A stretch of DNA of 32,000 nt from Candidatus Babeliales bacterium (lineage in GTDB: Bacteria > Babelota > Babeliae > Babelales > UASB340). Of this stretch, positions 14,207-22,407 are shown piece by piece. Position 1 is the stretch's first letter. Each line of letters begins with the position of its first letter. Position numbers and translations under genes: made by a program. A model generated the notes under the pieces. That model saw only the letters and a program-made list of their open reading frames with translations, did not search any database and was not told the origin of the DNA. Location of the stretch: assembly GCA_023133515.1 (NCBI GenBank), contig JAGLWI010000005.1, positions 8,434-40,433 of the forward strand, written 5' to 3'.

Positions 14207-15086
14207 AAAAGATCTCCTTATTAATTAAATTTTGATGTGCAAATAAAATGGCATTCTTTATAACTTGAGAATCAGAATTGCCATGGACAACAACAACACA
14301 ACCATTAATTCCTATCAACAAAGCTCCATGATTCGCTATCGTATAATTTTTTATGTTAAAAGTTTTTATTACTGACTCTAAAGTTTTAAGTAATATGTTA
14401 CCAGAAAACCCGTCAGTTACAACGATATCTGTTCTATTATCAAAAATTCCGTAAGGTTCAATGTTACCAATAAAATTCAAATTAGATTCTTCCTTTAAAA
14501 TATCAAATGTTTTTTTTACCAAAATCGAACCTTTTCCTTCTTCGTGTCCATTGGAAAGAATTGAAACTTTAGGTCGTTTAATCCCTAAAATTCTTCTTGC
14601 ATAAGAATCTGCCATATGCGCAAATTGAACCAAATTAGATGGCCTACAATTAACGTTAGCACCAAGATCCAAAATTAATATCTCTTTTTTTCCTGTATAC
14701 AACGTACCAATTATAGCAGGTCTTTCAATTCCCTTTTGGCAACCTAAAATAAAAACTGAAGCAACCATTAAAGCACCAGAATTTCCAGCGCTTACAACAG
14801 CCTTGCATTTTTCTTGTTTAACACTTTGTACTGCTTGTACAAGTGATGAATCCATCTTTTTTTTAAAAGATTTAACTGGATCCTCTCCCATACCAATCTG
14901 TTGATTAGTATTAGAAATTAAAATGTTATATTTTTGCCAAGAAGAATCATATTGATTTAAAAGAAAAAAAATTCGATCTTTTGAACCAAATAAAACTACC
15001 CAAACTCCAGCCTTTGCAGCAAGCAATGCTCCTAAAACAACCTGCTCTGGAGCATGATCGCCCCCCATTGCATCTACCGCTATCAT
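14166..15086 (-). CDS. plsX: Phosphate acyltransferase
   Basis: 306 aa. The N-terminus MIAVDAMGGDHAPE is characteristic of PlsX, along with SAGNSGALM and DGFSGNI. Confidence 0.85.
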   Translation of the reverse strand: MIAVDAMGGDHAPEQVVLGALLAAKAGVWVVLFGSKDRIFFLLNQYDSSWQKYNILISNTNQQIGMGEDPVKSFKKKMDSSLVQAVQSVKQEKCKAVVSAGNSGALMVASVFILGCQKGIERPAIIGTLYTGKKEILILDLGANVNCRPSNLVQFAHMADSYARRILGIKRPKVSILSNGHEEGKGSILVKKTFDILKEESNLNFIGNIEPYGIFDNRTDIVVTDGFSGNILLKTLESVIKTFNIKNYTIANHGALLIGINGCVVVVHGNSDSQVIKNAILFAHQNLINKEIFYGICEKSFASVAT

Positions 15087-15112
15087 AAAAAGCCTTATTG
15101 AATTTTAGTTTT

Positions 15113-15382
15113 TTATTCTTTAGAACTCGCAGGAACATCTTTTTGTGCTCCAGCACCCTGCTCAACCTTAGTTTGTCTTGTTTGATTACGTTCATACATA
15201 CGTTCAGATTTTGTTCGAATAACCTTTACTCCTTTATAATGCCCACACTCTTTGCAAACTTGATGTGGTAAAACAGGATTGCCACATGTTTGACAATTAG
15301 ATAGTGTTGAAAATACCAAGCCTTTATTAGCTGATCTTTTATCACGTCTAGATTTTGAAACTTTTCTTTTTGGTACTGGCAT
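15113..15382 (-). CDS. rpmF: 50S ribosomal protein L32 with a C-terminal extension
   Basis: MPVPKRKVSKSRRDKRSANKG...CQTCGNPVLPHQVCKECGHYKG. At 89 aa it is about 30 aa longer than typical L32. Confidence 0.85.
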   Translation of the reverse strand: MPVPKRKVSKSRRDKRSANKGLVFSTLSNCQTCGNPVLPHQVCKECGHYKGVKVIRTKSERMYERNQTRQTKVEQGAGAQKDVPASSKE

Positions 15383-15777
15383 AATTTTATACTCCCAACA
15401 TTTACATCAAAATTTACTAATACATTTAAAAAACAAAAAAATTTAATTTTTTTATTATATTGATTATTGAAAAAGCACAAACATTAGAACACTTTGAAAA
15501 AAGTCCAATAAAAACCTACCGTTAACTCAATGATACTTATTCAAAATTTAAACTAAACATCTTAAGCTTAATTTTTTAAAACAAAATTGTCAAAATAGAC
15601 TACATAATTCTTGTAAAATCGACAAGTTTTGGCATGCTAGATATATACAAATTGGCGTTAATTACAATAAGAAAAATATTAAAGACAATTTTTAATAACA
15701 ACATGCAAGTAAACTATAATATAAATAGTAAATTTTATTAAAAATAAACTAAAAATTAATATACAGGAGTAAATTTG

Positions 15778-16671
15778 ATGACAAAAATCACAATGGAATT
15801 AATAAAACAATTAAGAGAAAAAACACATATTGGTATGATGGATTGCAAAAATGCACTAATTGAATCAGAAGGAGATATAGAAAAAGCCATCGAAATACTA
15901 AGAAAAAAAGGTGCTGATGTTGCGCAAAAACGAGCAGATAAAGAAACCAATCATGGCAATATAGAAGCTTGCTTAAACAAAGATTCAAAATCTGGAGCTT
16001 TAGTAAAAATAGGATGCGAAACAGATTTTTCTGCAAATACAAAAGATATGAAAGATTTTGCACTAAATGTATGCAATCACATATTACAAGCAACCCCAGA
16101 ATGTATAGGTGAAGGAGAAAACTGTCTTCTCAAACAAAAAATTGTATCAGATGAAAAAATGACAGTTGAAGATAAGTTAAATGAATTGATTGCAAAAATT
16201 AGAGAAAAAATTGAAATAAAAGAATTTAAAAGATTTCAGATAAAAAAATTCGGTATAATAAATTTTTACATTCATCCCGGTGCAAATCTTGGAGTCCTAC
16301 TTGAACTTGAAACTGATCAAGCTGTTGAACAAAATATAAAAAAAATAAAACAGTTGGCTCTTGATATCTGCATGCAAGTTGCTGTTACAAATCCTTTGTG
16401 TATTAATCCATCACAATTAGATGAAAAAGTACTAGAAAAAGAACGATCACTAATCAAAGAACAACTTCTTGAACAAGGGAAACCAGAAAACATAATTGAC
16501 AAAATTACCGAAGGAAAGATGAACAAATTCTATGAACAAACTTGTCTCTTAAATCAAAAATTCATAAAAAATGATAAATTAACTGTAAAAAATCATATCA
16601 ATCAGATATCAAAAGATACAGGTTTAAAAATAGAGATTAAAAATTTTAAAAGAATGTCTATAGGAAAATAA
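15778..16671 (+). CDS. tsf: Elongation factor Ts
   Basis: ATG at 15778 lies 8 nt after AGGAG; the track start at 15775 is TTG. ELIKQLREKTHIGMMDCKNALIESEGDIEKAIEILRKKG is the UBA-like EF-Ts N-terminus. Confidence 0.9.
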   Translation: MTKITMELIKQLREKTHIGMMDCKNALIESEGDIEKAIEILRKKGADVAQKRADKETNHGNIEACLNKDSKSGALVKIGCETDFSANTKDMKDFALNVCNHILQATPECIGEGENCLLKQKIVSDEKMTVEDKLNELIAKIREKIEIKEFKRFQIKKFGIINFYIHPGANLGVLLELETDQAVEQNIKKIKQLALDICMQVAVTNPLCINPSQLDEKVLEKERSLIKEQLLEQGKPENIIDKITEGKMNKFYEQTCLLNQKFIKNDKLTVKNHINQISKDTGLKIEIKNFKRMSIGK

Positions 16672-17375
16672 TGAAAACAATCATCATAAAATTAAGTGGA
16701 GAACTTTTCTTTTCACTTACAAATCAAGAAAAAAAAGATGATAAAAAATATTTATACAACATAGCCAAACAATTAAAAGAACTAAAAAAAGATTACAGAG
16801 TAGGAATAGTTATTGGTGCAGGAAACATTTTTAGAGGTGAACAAGCAAGTAAAAAACTAGAAATAAAAATTACTACTGCTCATAATGCTGGAATGATTGC
16901 AACAATTATAAATGGTCTTTTATTCCACGATCTCTTAACAACGCAAGAAATTGATTCAATACTTTTTAGCGCAATTCATTGTCCACAAATAGCAGAAATA
17001 ATTAAACAAGACAAATTAGATAAGGCCCTTAAAGAAAATAAAATATTAATATTTTCAGGAGGAACTTCAAATCCATTCTTTACAACAGATACAACATCTG
17101 TAATACGAGCATTACAAATCGGAGCAACTGAATTTTGGAAAGGAACAAAAGTAGAAGGAATATTCACAGCAGATCCGGTTGAACAAAAAGATGCAAAACT
17201 CTTGAAAAAACTTAACTATAATCAAGTAATAGAAAAAGATTTGAAATTTATGGATTTAACTGCTATAACTCTTGCAAAACAACACAATTTAAAAATTAGA
17301 ATTTTTAATATATTTGAAGAGAATTCATTAATAAAAGCAAGTAAAGACGCAAACTTTGGAAGCGTTATTGTTTAA
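16671..17375 (+). CDS. pyrH: UMP kinase
   Basis: 234 aa. IIKLSGE, GAGNIFRG, FSGGTSNPFFTTDT. The ATG overlaps the tsf stop (TAATG). Confidence 0.85.
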   Translation: MKTIIIKLSGELFFSLTNQEKKDDKKYLYNIAKQLKELKKDYRVGIVIGAGNIFRGEQASKKLEIKITTAHNAGMIATIINGLLFHDLLTTQEIDSILFSAIHCPQIAEIIKQDKLDKALKENKILIFSGGTSNPFFTTDTTSVIRALQIGATEFWKGTKVEGIFTADPVEQKDAKLLKKLNYNQVIEKDLKFMDLTAITLAKQHNLKIRIFNIFEENSLIKASKDANFGSVIV

Positions 17376-17417
17376 ACAAGCTGCTACTTTGAAATGAGTA
17401 ACTCTTAAAATAAAGTG

Positions 17418-17517
17418 CACGCTCATCCTAAACTTGTCGAAGAATACAGCGCTGCATCCTTCGACAAGCTCAGGATGAGCGCATCTTTTTACATTTTAGC
17501 GCATCTTTTTACATTTT
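17418..17517. repeat. Palindromic element copy A3 plus a 20-nt tandem duplication at its right edge
   Basis: CACGCTCATCCTAAACTTGTCGAAGAAT...ATCCTTCGACAAGCTCAGGATGAGCGC (to 17482). AGCGCATCTTTTTACATTTT at 17478-17497 is repeated exactly at 17498-17517. Confidence 0.8.
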
Positions 17518-17578
17518 AAAGTATACCTAGACAACAGCTTGAGCTAGTTAAATAAAAACTTAAACAGAGGATAATTTT

Positions 17579-18163
17579 ATGGAACGGGTAGTTTTTGCAG
17601 AAGGAAACATCAAGGATTTTGAAGAATCAGCCAAAAAAGAAATGGAAAAACCAATCAAACATTTTGAAAAAGAACTCTCTGCAATCAGAACAGGAAGAGC
17701 CTCCACAGCTCTTGTAGAAAATTTAAAAGTGGAATGTTACGGTCAAATGATGTCATTAAGAGAACTTGCTACATTAAGTTCACCCGAAGCAAGGCTCATC
17801 ACAATTCAACCTTGGGATAAAAGCATCATAGGTGATATTGAAAAAGCAATTCTAGCATCGGATGTTGGAATTACTCCTGTAAATGACGGTAAAATAATAA
17901 GATTACAACTTCCTCAAATGAGTGAAGCCAGACGAGAAGATTTAAAAAAAATTTTAGGCAAAAAAACAGAAGAATGTCGCATTGGTGTTAGAAATATAAG
18001 AAAAGATTTTCACAATCAACTTAGAGATGCAGAAAAAGCTCGCGGAATATCTGAAGATTTTGCAAAAAGATTAAATGATTTGCTACAAAAAATCACTGAT
18101 AGTTTTATAAAAAACGCAGATGAATTATACGAGAAAAAAGCAAATGAAATAAAATTTGTATAA
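17579..18163 (+). CDS. frr: Ribosome recycling factor
   Basis: 194 aa. LSAIRTGRASTALVENL, ITIQPWD, PQMSEARREDLKK, IRNIRKD. Confidence 0.9.
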   Translation: MERVVFAEGNIKDFEESAKKEMEKPIKHFEKELSAIRTGRASTALVENLKVECYGQMMSLRELATLSSPEARLITIQPWDKSIIGDIEKAILASDVGITPVNDGKIIRLQLPQMSEARREDLKKILGKKTEECRIGVRNIRKDFHNQLRDAEKARGISEDFAKRLNDLLQKITDSFIKNADELYEKKANEIKFV

Positions 18164-18183
18164 AAAATAGTAAAATAAAAAAA

Positions 18184-18216
18184 GAGCCTTGGATAAAATC
18201 CAAGGCTCTTTTTTTT
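18184..18216 (+). terminator. Rho-independent terminator after frr
   Basis: Stem GAGCCTTGGA (18184-18193) / TCCAAGGCTC (18199-18208), loop TAAAA, then T8. An upstream A-tract makes it potentially bidirectional. Confidence 0.75.
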
Positions 18217-18277
18217 GATCTATATCTTTTGCATAATATACATATGATGAACAAAGATTTATCATTGAATCAAACTC

Positions 18278-18305
18278 AATTGGCGGACTGTTTTGCCCGC
18301 CAATT
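18278..18305 (-). terminator. Hairpin immediately downstream of the transporter gene stop
   Basis: Stem AATTGGCGG (18278-18286) / CCGCCAATT (18297-18305), 3 nt from the stop codon at 18309-18311. The U-tract is weak. Confidence 0.4.
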
Positions 18306-18308
18306 AAA

Positions 18309-19607
18309 TTAACTAATGATTTGATTTTGCGCAACAAGCTTTTTATTAGTTGTTCCAACGTAAATTGCAATTACTATCCAAAAACCAATAACTCCTAAAG
18401 AAATTAAAGAACCGTAAACTAATAATTGAGAAAGGACAGGAAAAGATGCGGTCACTAAAGAACCTGTTCCTTTTGCAGAACGAGCTCCAAAAACATCAAT
18501 CCAACTCTTTGCTTTAAATTTTACATCTTTACTTGTTGGAAGATACATAATTTCTTTTGCCGGATTATTAAGTGAATAAGTAAAACCTTTTATTGCAATC
18601 ATAGCACCAAAAAATGTCCATAAAACAGGATGTATCCATGTCAAACAAACAGCAAGCGCGATTATACAAGGAAATGCAACTAAGCAAAAAGTTAAACCCA
18701 ATCGTCTTATAAAAATACTTGTTCCAATAAATAAAAAAGTTAATGCAAGAATATTTGCAGAAAGTCCATAGGTTGCTAAAAATTCTGTTGCCTGTTCTAC
18801 TGTATGATAAGTTTTATCAACTAAAGAATTCATTTGATAATCTAAAATTGTTGCCATAATTTCATAAAGAGTTGAAACTGCTAAAATTCCCAACAGGTAT
18901 GGTCTCGAAATTAAAAGTCTCAATCCTTCAATTGGGCCAGTTGCTTTTCTTTCTTCTGTTTTTGCAGGCATTTTATGTGAATATTTTTTCATGAAAAACT
19001 TAATTATTAATGGAACAATAAATACACAACATCCTGCAACAAAAAATAGCCACGGTAATCCCGTTTTTGATGCTTGCAAATCAACAATGTTTCCAAGAAC
19101 AGAACCAAATTGTGCACCAAACAAAATTACTGGATAACCTTTTTTTGCCTCTTTTTGATGTACACTACTTGCAACAAAAGACCAAAAAAGTGCAACAACC
19201 AAAGATCCAAAACTTTCAATAACAAAATAAGAAATCCAAGCCAATAAGCGATATTTACTTATTACAGTATTAGCTAAACCTATTGTTGGATGCTGCAATA
19301 AAAATGAGATCACAATAAAAATTATTGCATACGCAGACGCCATAACATAAATCAACTTATGTTTTTTTAGCCAGTCTACAAGTTTTGCATAAAAGATAAT
19401 AAGACATATTAGAAAAACAACAGAAAACATTTTCGCATAAGGTAGATACATACTCCCTACCATTTTTATAAAAATGGCATTTTTCATTGTACGTAGCATC
19501 CAATATGATCCAACAATAAAGAATAAAGCTCCAGAAAGAAGCCCAAATTTACAAAGATCTTCTTTTGTAAGGTCGCCCCACAAAAAACGAAATATTTTTG
19601 ATAACAT
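18309..19607 (-). CDS. Tlc/Npt-family nucleotide (ATP/ADP-type) transporter-like membrane protein
   Basis: About 432 aa with around 11-12 hydrophobic segments. The N-terminal region (GALFFIVGSYWMLRTMKNAIFIKMVG...LPYAKM...FYAKLVD) parallels Rickettsia Tlc (NYSTLRSIKDGFVV...FLKTY...YVKLCD). The start is placed at the second ATG (19607), 7 nt after AAGGAGGA. Confidence 0.55.
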   Translation of the reverse strand: MLSKIFRFLWGDLTKEDLCKFGLLSGALFFIVGSYWMLRTMKNAIFIKMVGSMYLPYAKMFSVVFLICLIIFYAKLVDWLKKHKLIYVMASAYAIIFIVISFLLQHPTIGLANTVISKYRLLAWISYFVIESFGSLVVALFWSFVASSVHQKEAKKGYPVILFGAQFGSVLGNIVDLQASKTGLPWLFFVAGCCVFIVPLIIKFFMKKYSHKMPAKTEERKATGPIEGLRLLISRPYLLGILAVSTLYEIMATILDYQMNSLVDKTYHTVEQATEFLATYGLSANILALTFLFIGTSIFIRRLGLTFCLVAFPCIIALAVCLTWIHPVLWTFFGAMIAIKGFTYSLNNPAKEIMYLPTSKDVKFKAKSWIDVFGARSAKGTGSLVTASFPVLSQLLVYGSLISLGVIGFWIVIAIYVGTTNKKLVAQNQIIS

Positions 19608-19801
19608 GATCATTCCTCCTTGGCATTGTTACAGCCAAAAAAAAATAACCATCAACATCATCAATATTGAACATAAAAATTAACTGTAATATCAAAGATT
19701 GATGATATTTAAATATTAACTAAAATTTAAAATTTGTCAATTTTGGGCAAAATTTGAGGATTTTTTATAAAAATTTAATCATTTTTGTTCTATATCTGAT
19801 A

Positions 19802-19914
19802 AGAACTTATACGAAAATTCAAATAAATTTGCAATGCGCTCATTCTAGTGCTGAGTATTATCGAAGTATCGAAGAATGAAACGCTGTATCCTTCGACAAG
19901 CTCAGGATGAGCGC
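19802..19914. repeat. Palindromic element copy A4
   Basis: Same left extension and expanded-arm variant as 7274-7387, with 1 mismatch in the ~79-nt core. It ends in ATCCTTCGACAAGCTCAGGATGAGCGC. Confidence 0.85.
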
Positions 19915-20201
19915 GACTTTTCTTTTTCTAAAGTTTACTCAAAGTTACAACTTAGGTTAAACAATTATATTTGGATATACTAACGAAATATATTCATTTT
20001 ATCCTGGAAATCTATCTTTCCTCCAGGCAAAACCCAAGTACCTCCCAACATTTTATCTTCATTTCTTTATAACAATAAAATCTTATCCTCTATCTGACAA
20101 AAATATATAACAACTTCAACTTTTGGAGAAAAATTCTCGGGTGGGATTAAATAAACAAATTTTCTCATAATTAAAAACTCAAAATTTTTGTCTCAACAAA
20201 T

Positions 20202-20870
20202 TTATTTTAAAAGCTGAGCAATGCATGAACCTTTGACTTCATCAATCTCGGGTATCGTCATACCTTCTACTGAATGAGGAAAAACTATCCAATAATCGGT
20301 TTCATATAAATAATAATCAGGAATTATTAATGATTTTTTAGGTTTATAATAAACTGTAGCAACTTTAATATCATTTGGGGTATTGCTTCCACATCGTTTT
20401 TTTATTTCCTCTAATATTGCTTTCACTGTACTTCCTGAATCAATTATATCATCCACTATCAATAATTTGTCTTCGTTTTTAATAGTTCTAATAACATAAT
20501 CTAAATCAAATATTTCAACATTATTTTTTAGTTTACCATTATCATAAGCACTCGTTCTAACAGTAACATGCTTGTTAATTAAAGATTTTTTATAAGAAAA
20601 ATATTCTTCTACAACCATTCCTATTGGCGCACCACCACGCCATAAAGCTATTAAAAAAGTTGGTCTAAAATCAGATGCAAAAATTAAGTTTGCTAATTTG
20701 AAAGAACTTTCAAGAAGATGTTGTGAACTAATATATACCCTTTTTGGTGTTTTTTCTGAAGCAACAACCTCTTCTTCACCCCCTCTTTTTTTCTTCGATA
20801 CACATTCCGAAACACTAACCACAAATATAATTAAAATCAAAAAATTAAAATATTTTTTTAGTAATTTCAT
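20202..20870 (-). CDS. Gpt/Hpt-like purine phosphoribosyltransferase with an N-terminal hydrophobic anchor or signal
   Basis: PRPP-binding motif LLIVDDIIDSGSTV. ALWRGGAPIG and DYWIVFPH parallel E. coli Gpt (AVSRGGLVPG, DTWIEQPW). The N-terminus FNFLILIIFVVSVS is flanked by Lys-rich sequence on both sides. Confidence 0.7.
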   Translation of the reverse strand: MKLLKKYFNFLILIIFVVSVSECVSKKKRGGEEEVVASEKTPKRVYISSQHLLESSFKLANLIFASDFRPTFLIALWRGGAPIGMVVEEYFSYKKSLINKHVTVRTSAYDNGKLKNNVEIFDLDYVIRTIKNEDKLLIVDDIIDSGSTVKAILEEIKKRCGSNTPNDIKVATVYYKPKKSLIIPDYYLYETDYWIVFPHSVEGMTIPEIDEVKGSCIAQLLK

Positions 20871-21001
20871 AAAAATTCCCTTTTTATTTATAAATTTATT
20901 TTAATTAAAAAAATTATTCAAAAACTCATTGGTTCATTGAAAAATAAAAGCATGTAAATCATAACAAATTTTATTTTAAGCTCAACAAAAAATATCTTTT
21001 T

Positions 21002-21985
21002 TCATCTTACCCAAAATAAATAATAAAACATAAAAGCAGCAAAGACCAAAATCATTATTCCACCTTCTAATCGTTTTAGACATTTTCTTTTAAAAATCCC
21101 AAATCCTAAAATAGCAAATGATATAAACATAAATGGCGCAAGGCCTCTCAACGGGTGAATATTTATTGGTTTATCAGAGGCAAATGCCAAAATACCCAAA
21201 AGTAATGTTCCTTGCTCTAAAACTGAACCTAATGAATTTCCTAATGCAAGAGAATATTCTTTCTTTTTGACTGCTTGAAGTCCCAATGTAACTTCTGGCA
21301 AAGAAGTTCCTACCGCAAGAATTGTAGCACCAACTGTCTCTAAAGATAAATGTAAAAGGCTGGTAAGCTTGATTGCAAATCTCACTACAAATTCAGAAGA
21401 AACTAAAACAAGAATCAGACTTATTAATAACTTTAAAAGTATGCCAAATTTTGTTTTCAAGAAAATATCTCCATCCAAAACAACCTTTTTATGCTCCCTT
21501 TCTTCTTCTAAAGACTCTTCTTTTGTTCTATTTCTCCAAAGCCCCCACAAAGCAATAAAATAAATCAGTATCAAAAATAAACCTGTCGTTCGAACCAGTG
21601 TCCCCAAAAGAAAAACTAGCAACATTGCAAGAATTGCAACAAAAAACATTGGCCCAGCATCTTTATTTTCTTCTGGCTTTATAAGAATTTTTCCATAAAT
21701 CAAAATAGGTAATCCTAAAACCAAAGATACATCACAAACATTTGATCCTAAAATATCTCCCGCAGAAATACCCTGCACTCCCTTAAAAAGAGAAGTTATC
21801 ACAACCGATAGTTCTGGAAAACCAGTTGAAATTGCAATCAAAACAAATCCAACAAAAAGGGTTGTTAATCTAAACTTTCCGGCTGTTTCAATTGAATATC
21901 TTACAGATAAACTTGATGAACCCCATAAAGCTAAAAAGCTTACAAGCAATGCTACTCCATATAAAAAAATTAGATATCCATCCAT
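21002..21985 (-). CDS. CaCA-family Na+/Ca2+ exchanger (YrbG-like)
   Basis: 327 aa polytopic protein. Two alpha-repeat motifs: STGFPELSVVITS...GDILGSNVCDV and GTSLPEVTLGL...GNSLGSVLEQ. AAGGAG RBS. Confidence 0.75.
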   Translation of the reverse strand: MDGYLIFLYGVALLVSFLALWGSSSLSVRYSIETAGKFRLTTLFVGFVLIAISTGFPELSVVITSLFKGVQGISAGDILGSNVCDVSLVLGLPILIYGKILIKPEENKDAGPMFFVAILAMLLVFLLGTLVRTTGLFLILIYFIALWGLWRNRTKEESLEEEREHKKVVLDGDIFLKTKFGILLKLLISLILVLVSSEFVVRFAIKLTSLLHLSLETVGATILAVGTSLPEVTLGLQAVKKKEYSLALGNSLGSVLEQGTLLLGILAFASDKPINIHPLRGLAPFMFISFAILGFGIFKRKCLKRLEGGIMILVFAAFMFYYLFWVR

Positions 21986-22407
21986 TACAATCTCCTTTCA
22001 TAAAAAAGTTTTTAATCAAAAATACAAGTATAAATCATCCACGATTAAATGCATTAAAACATTTCCAGATTGACAAAACAAAGGCGGTTGATCAAACGTT
22101 TGTGTTAAATTATATTAAAAATATAACTATATATTAAAAAACATAGCTTCTTATATATGAAAAAAACAAAATCATTTTTTTTATAAAGCTATAAATGTTC
22201 CCAAAGATAATCCAAACAATGAAATAGAAATGGAATTTGGGCAACTACCCAGACCAATTAATGGATTGCTTTCTTAAGAAAAAAGAAACAATTGAAATTT
22301 CTACGCAATAAAATTAAAATTCTAAACTTTTTATTATTTTTCATATAAACTTTGAATCTAAAAAAAATTTATCTTAATTTTACCTAACATTTCATGTATA
22401 CAAAAAA

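Noticed and set aside
14947-15480. ORFs 14947..15195(-) and 15226..15480(-)
   Set aside because: They overlap plsX and rpmF in alternative frames. The plsX and rpmF frames carry diagnostic motifs.
15588-15626. TTGACA-like box on the minus strand (15588-15593), and the 13-mer CTTGTAAAATCGA shared between 15610-15622 and 2824-2836
   Set aside because: The -10 partner (TAAGCT) is poor and lies about 180 nt from rpmF. A single shared 13-mer in AT-rich DNA is too weak to call a repeat family.
2035-19914. Possibility that the recurring palindromes form a CRISPR array
   Set aside because: The copies are kilobases apart, variable in length and internally palindromic. There are no regularly spaced unique spacers and no cas genes.
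19915-20201. Possible small RNA or tRNA in the 590-bp spacer (hairpin CCTGGA...TCCAGG near 20004-20028)
   Set aside because: There is no cloverleaf-compatible arrangement, no conserved ncRNA motif that I can recognise, and no promoter or terminator pair. No tRNA-like sequence was seen anywhere in the window.
21986-22407. Possible replication origin or DnaA boxes upstream of dnaE
   Set aside because: Only one weak DnaA-box-like string (ATCATCCACG, about 22026-22035). There is no cluster of boxes and no dnaA or dnaN nearby.
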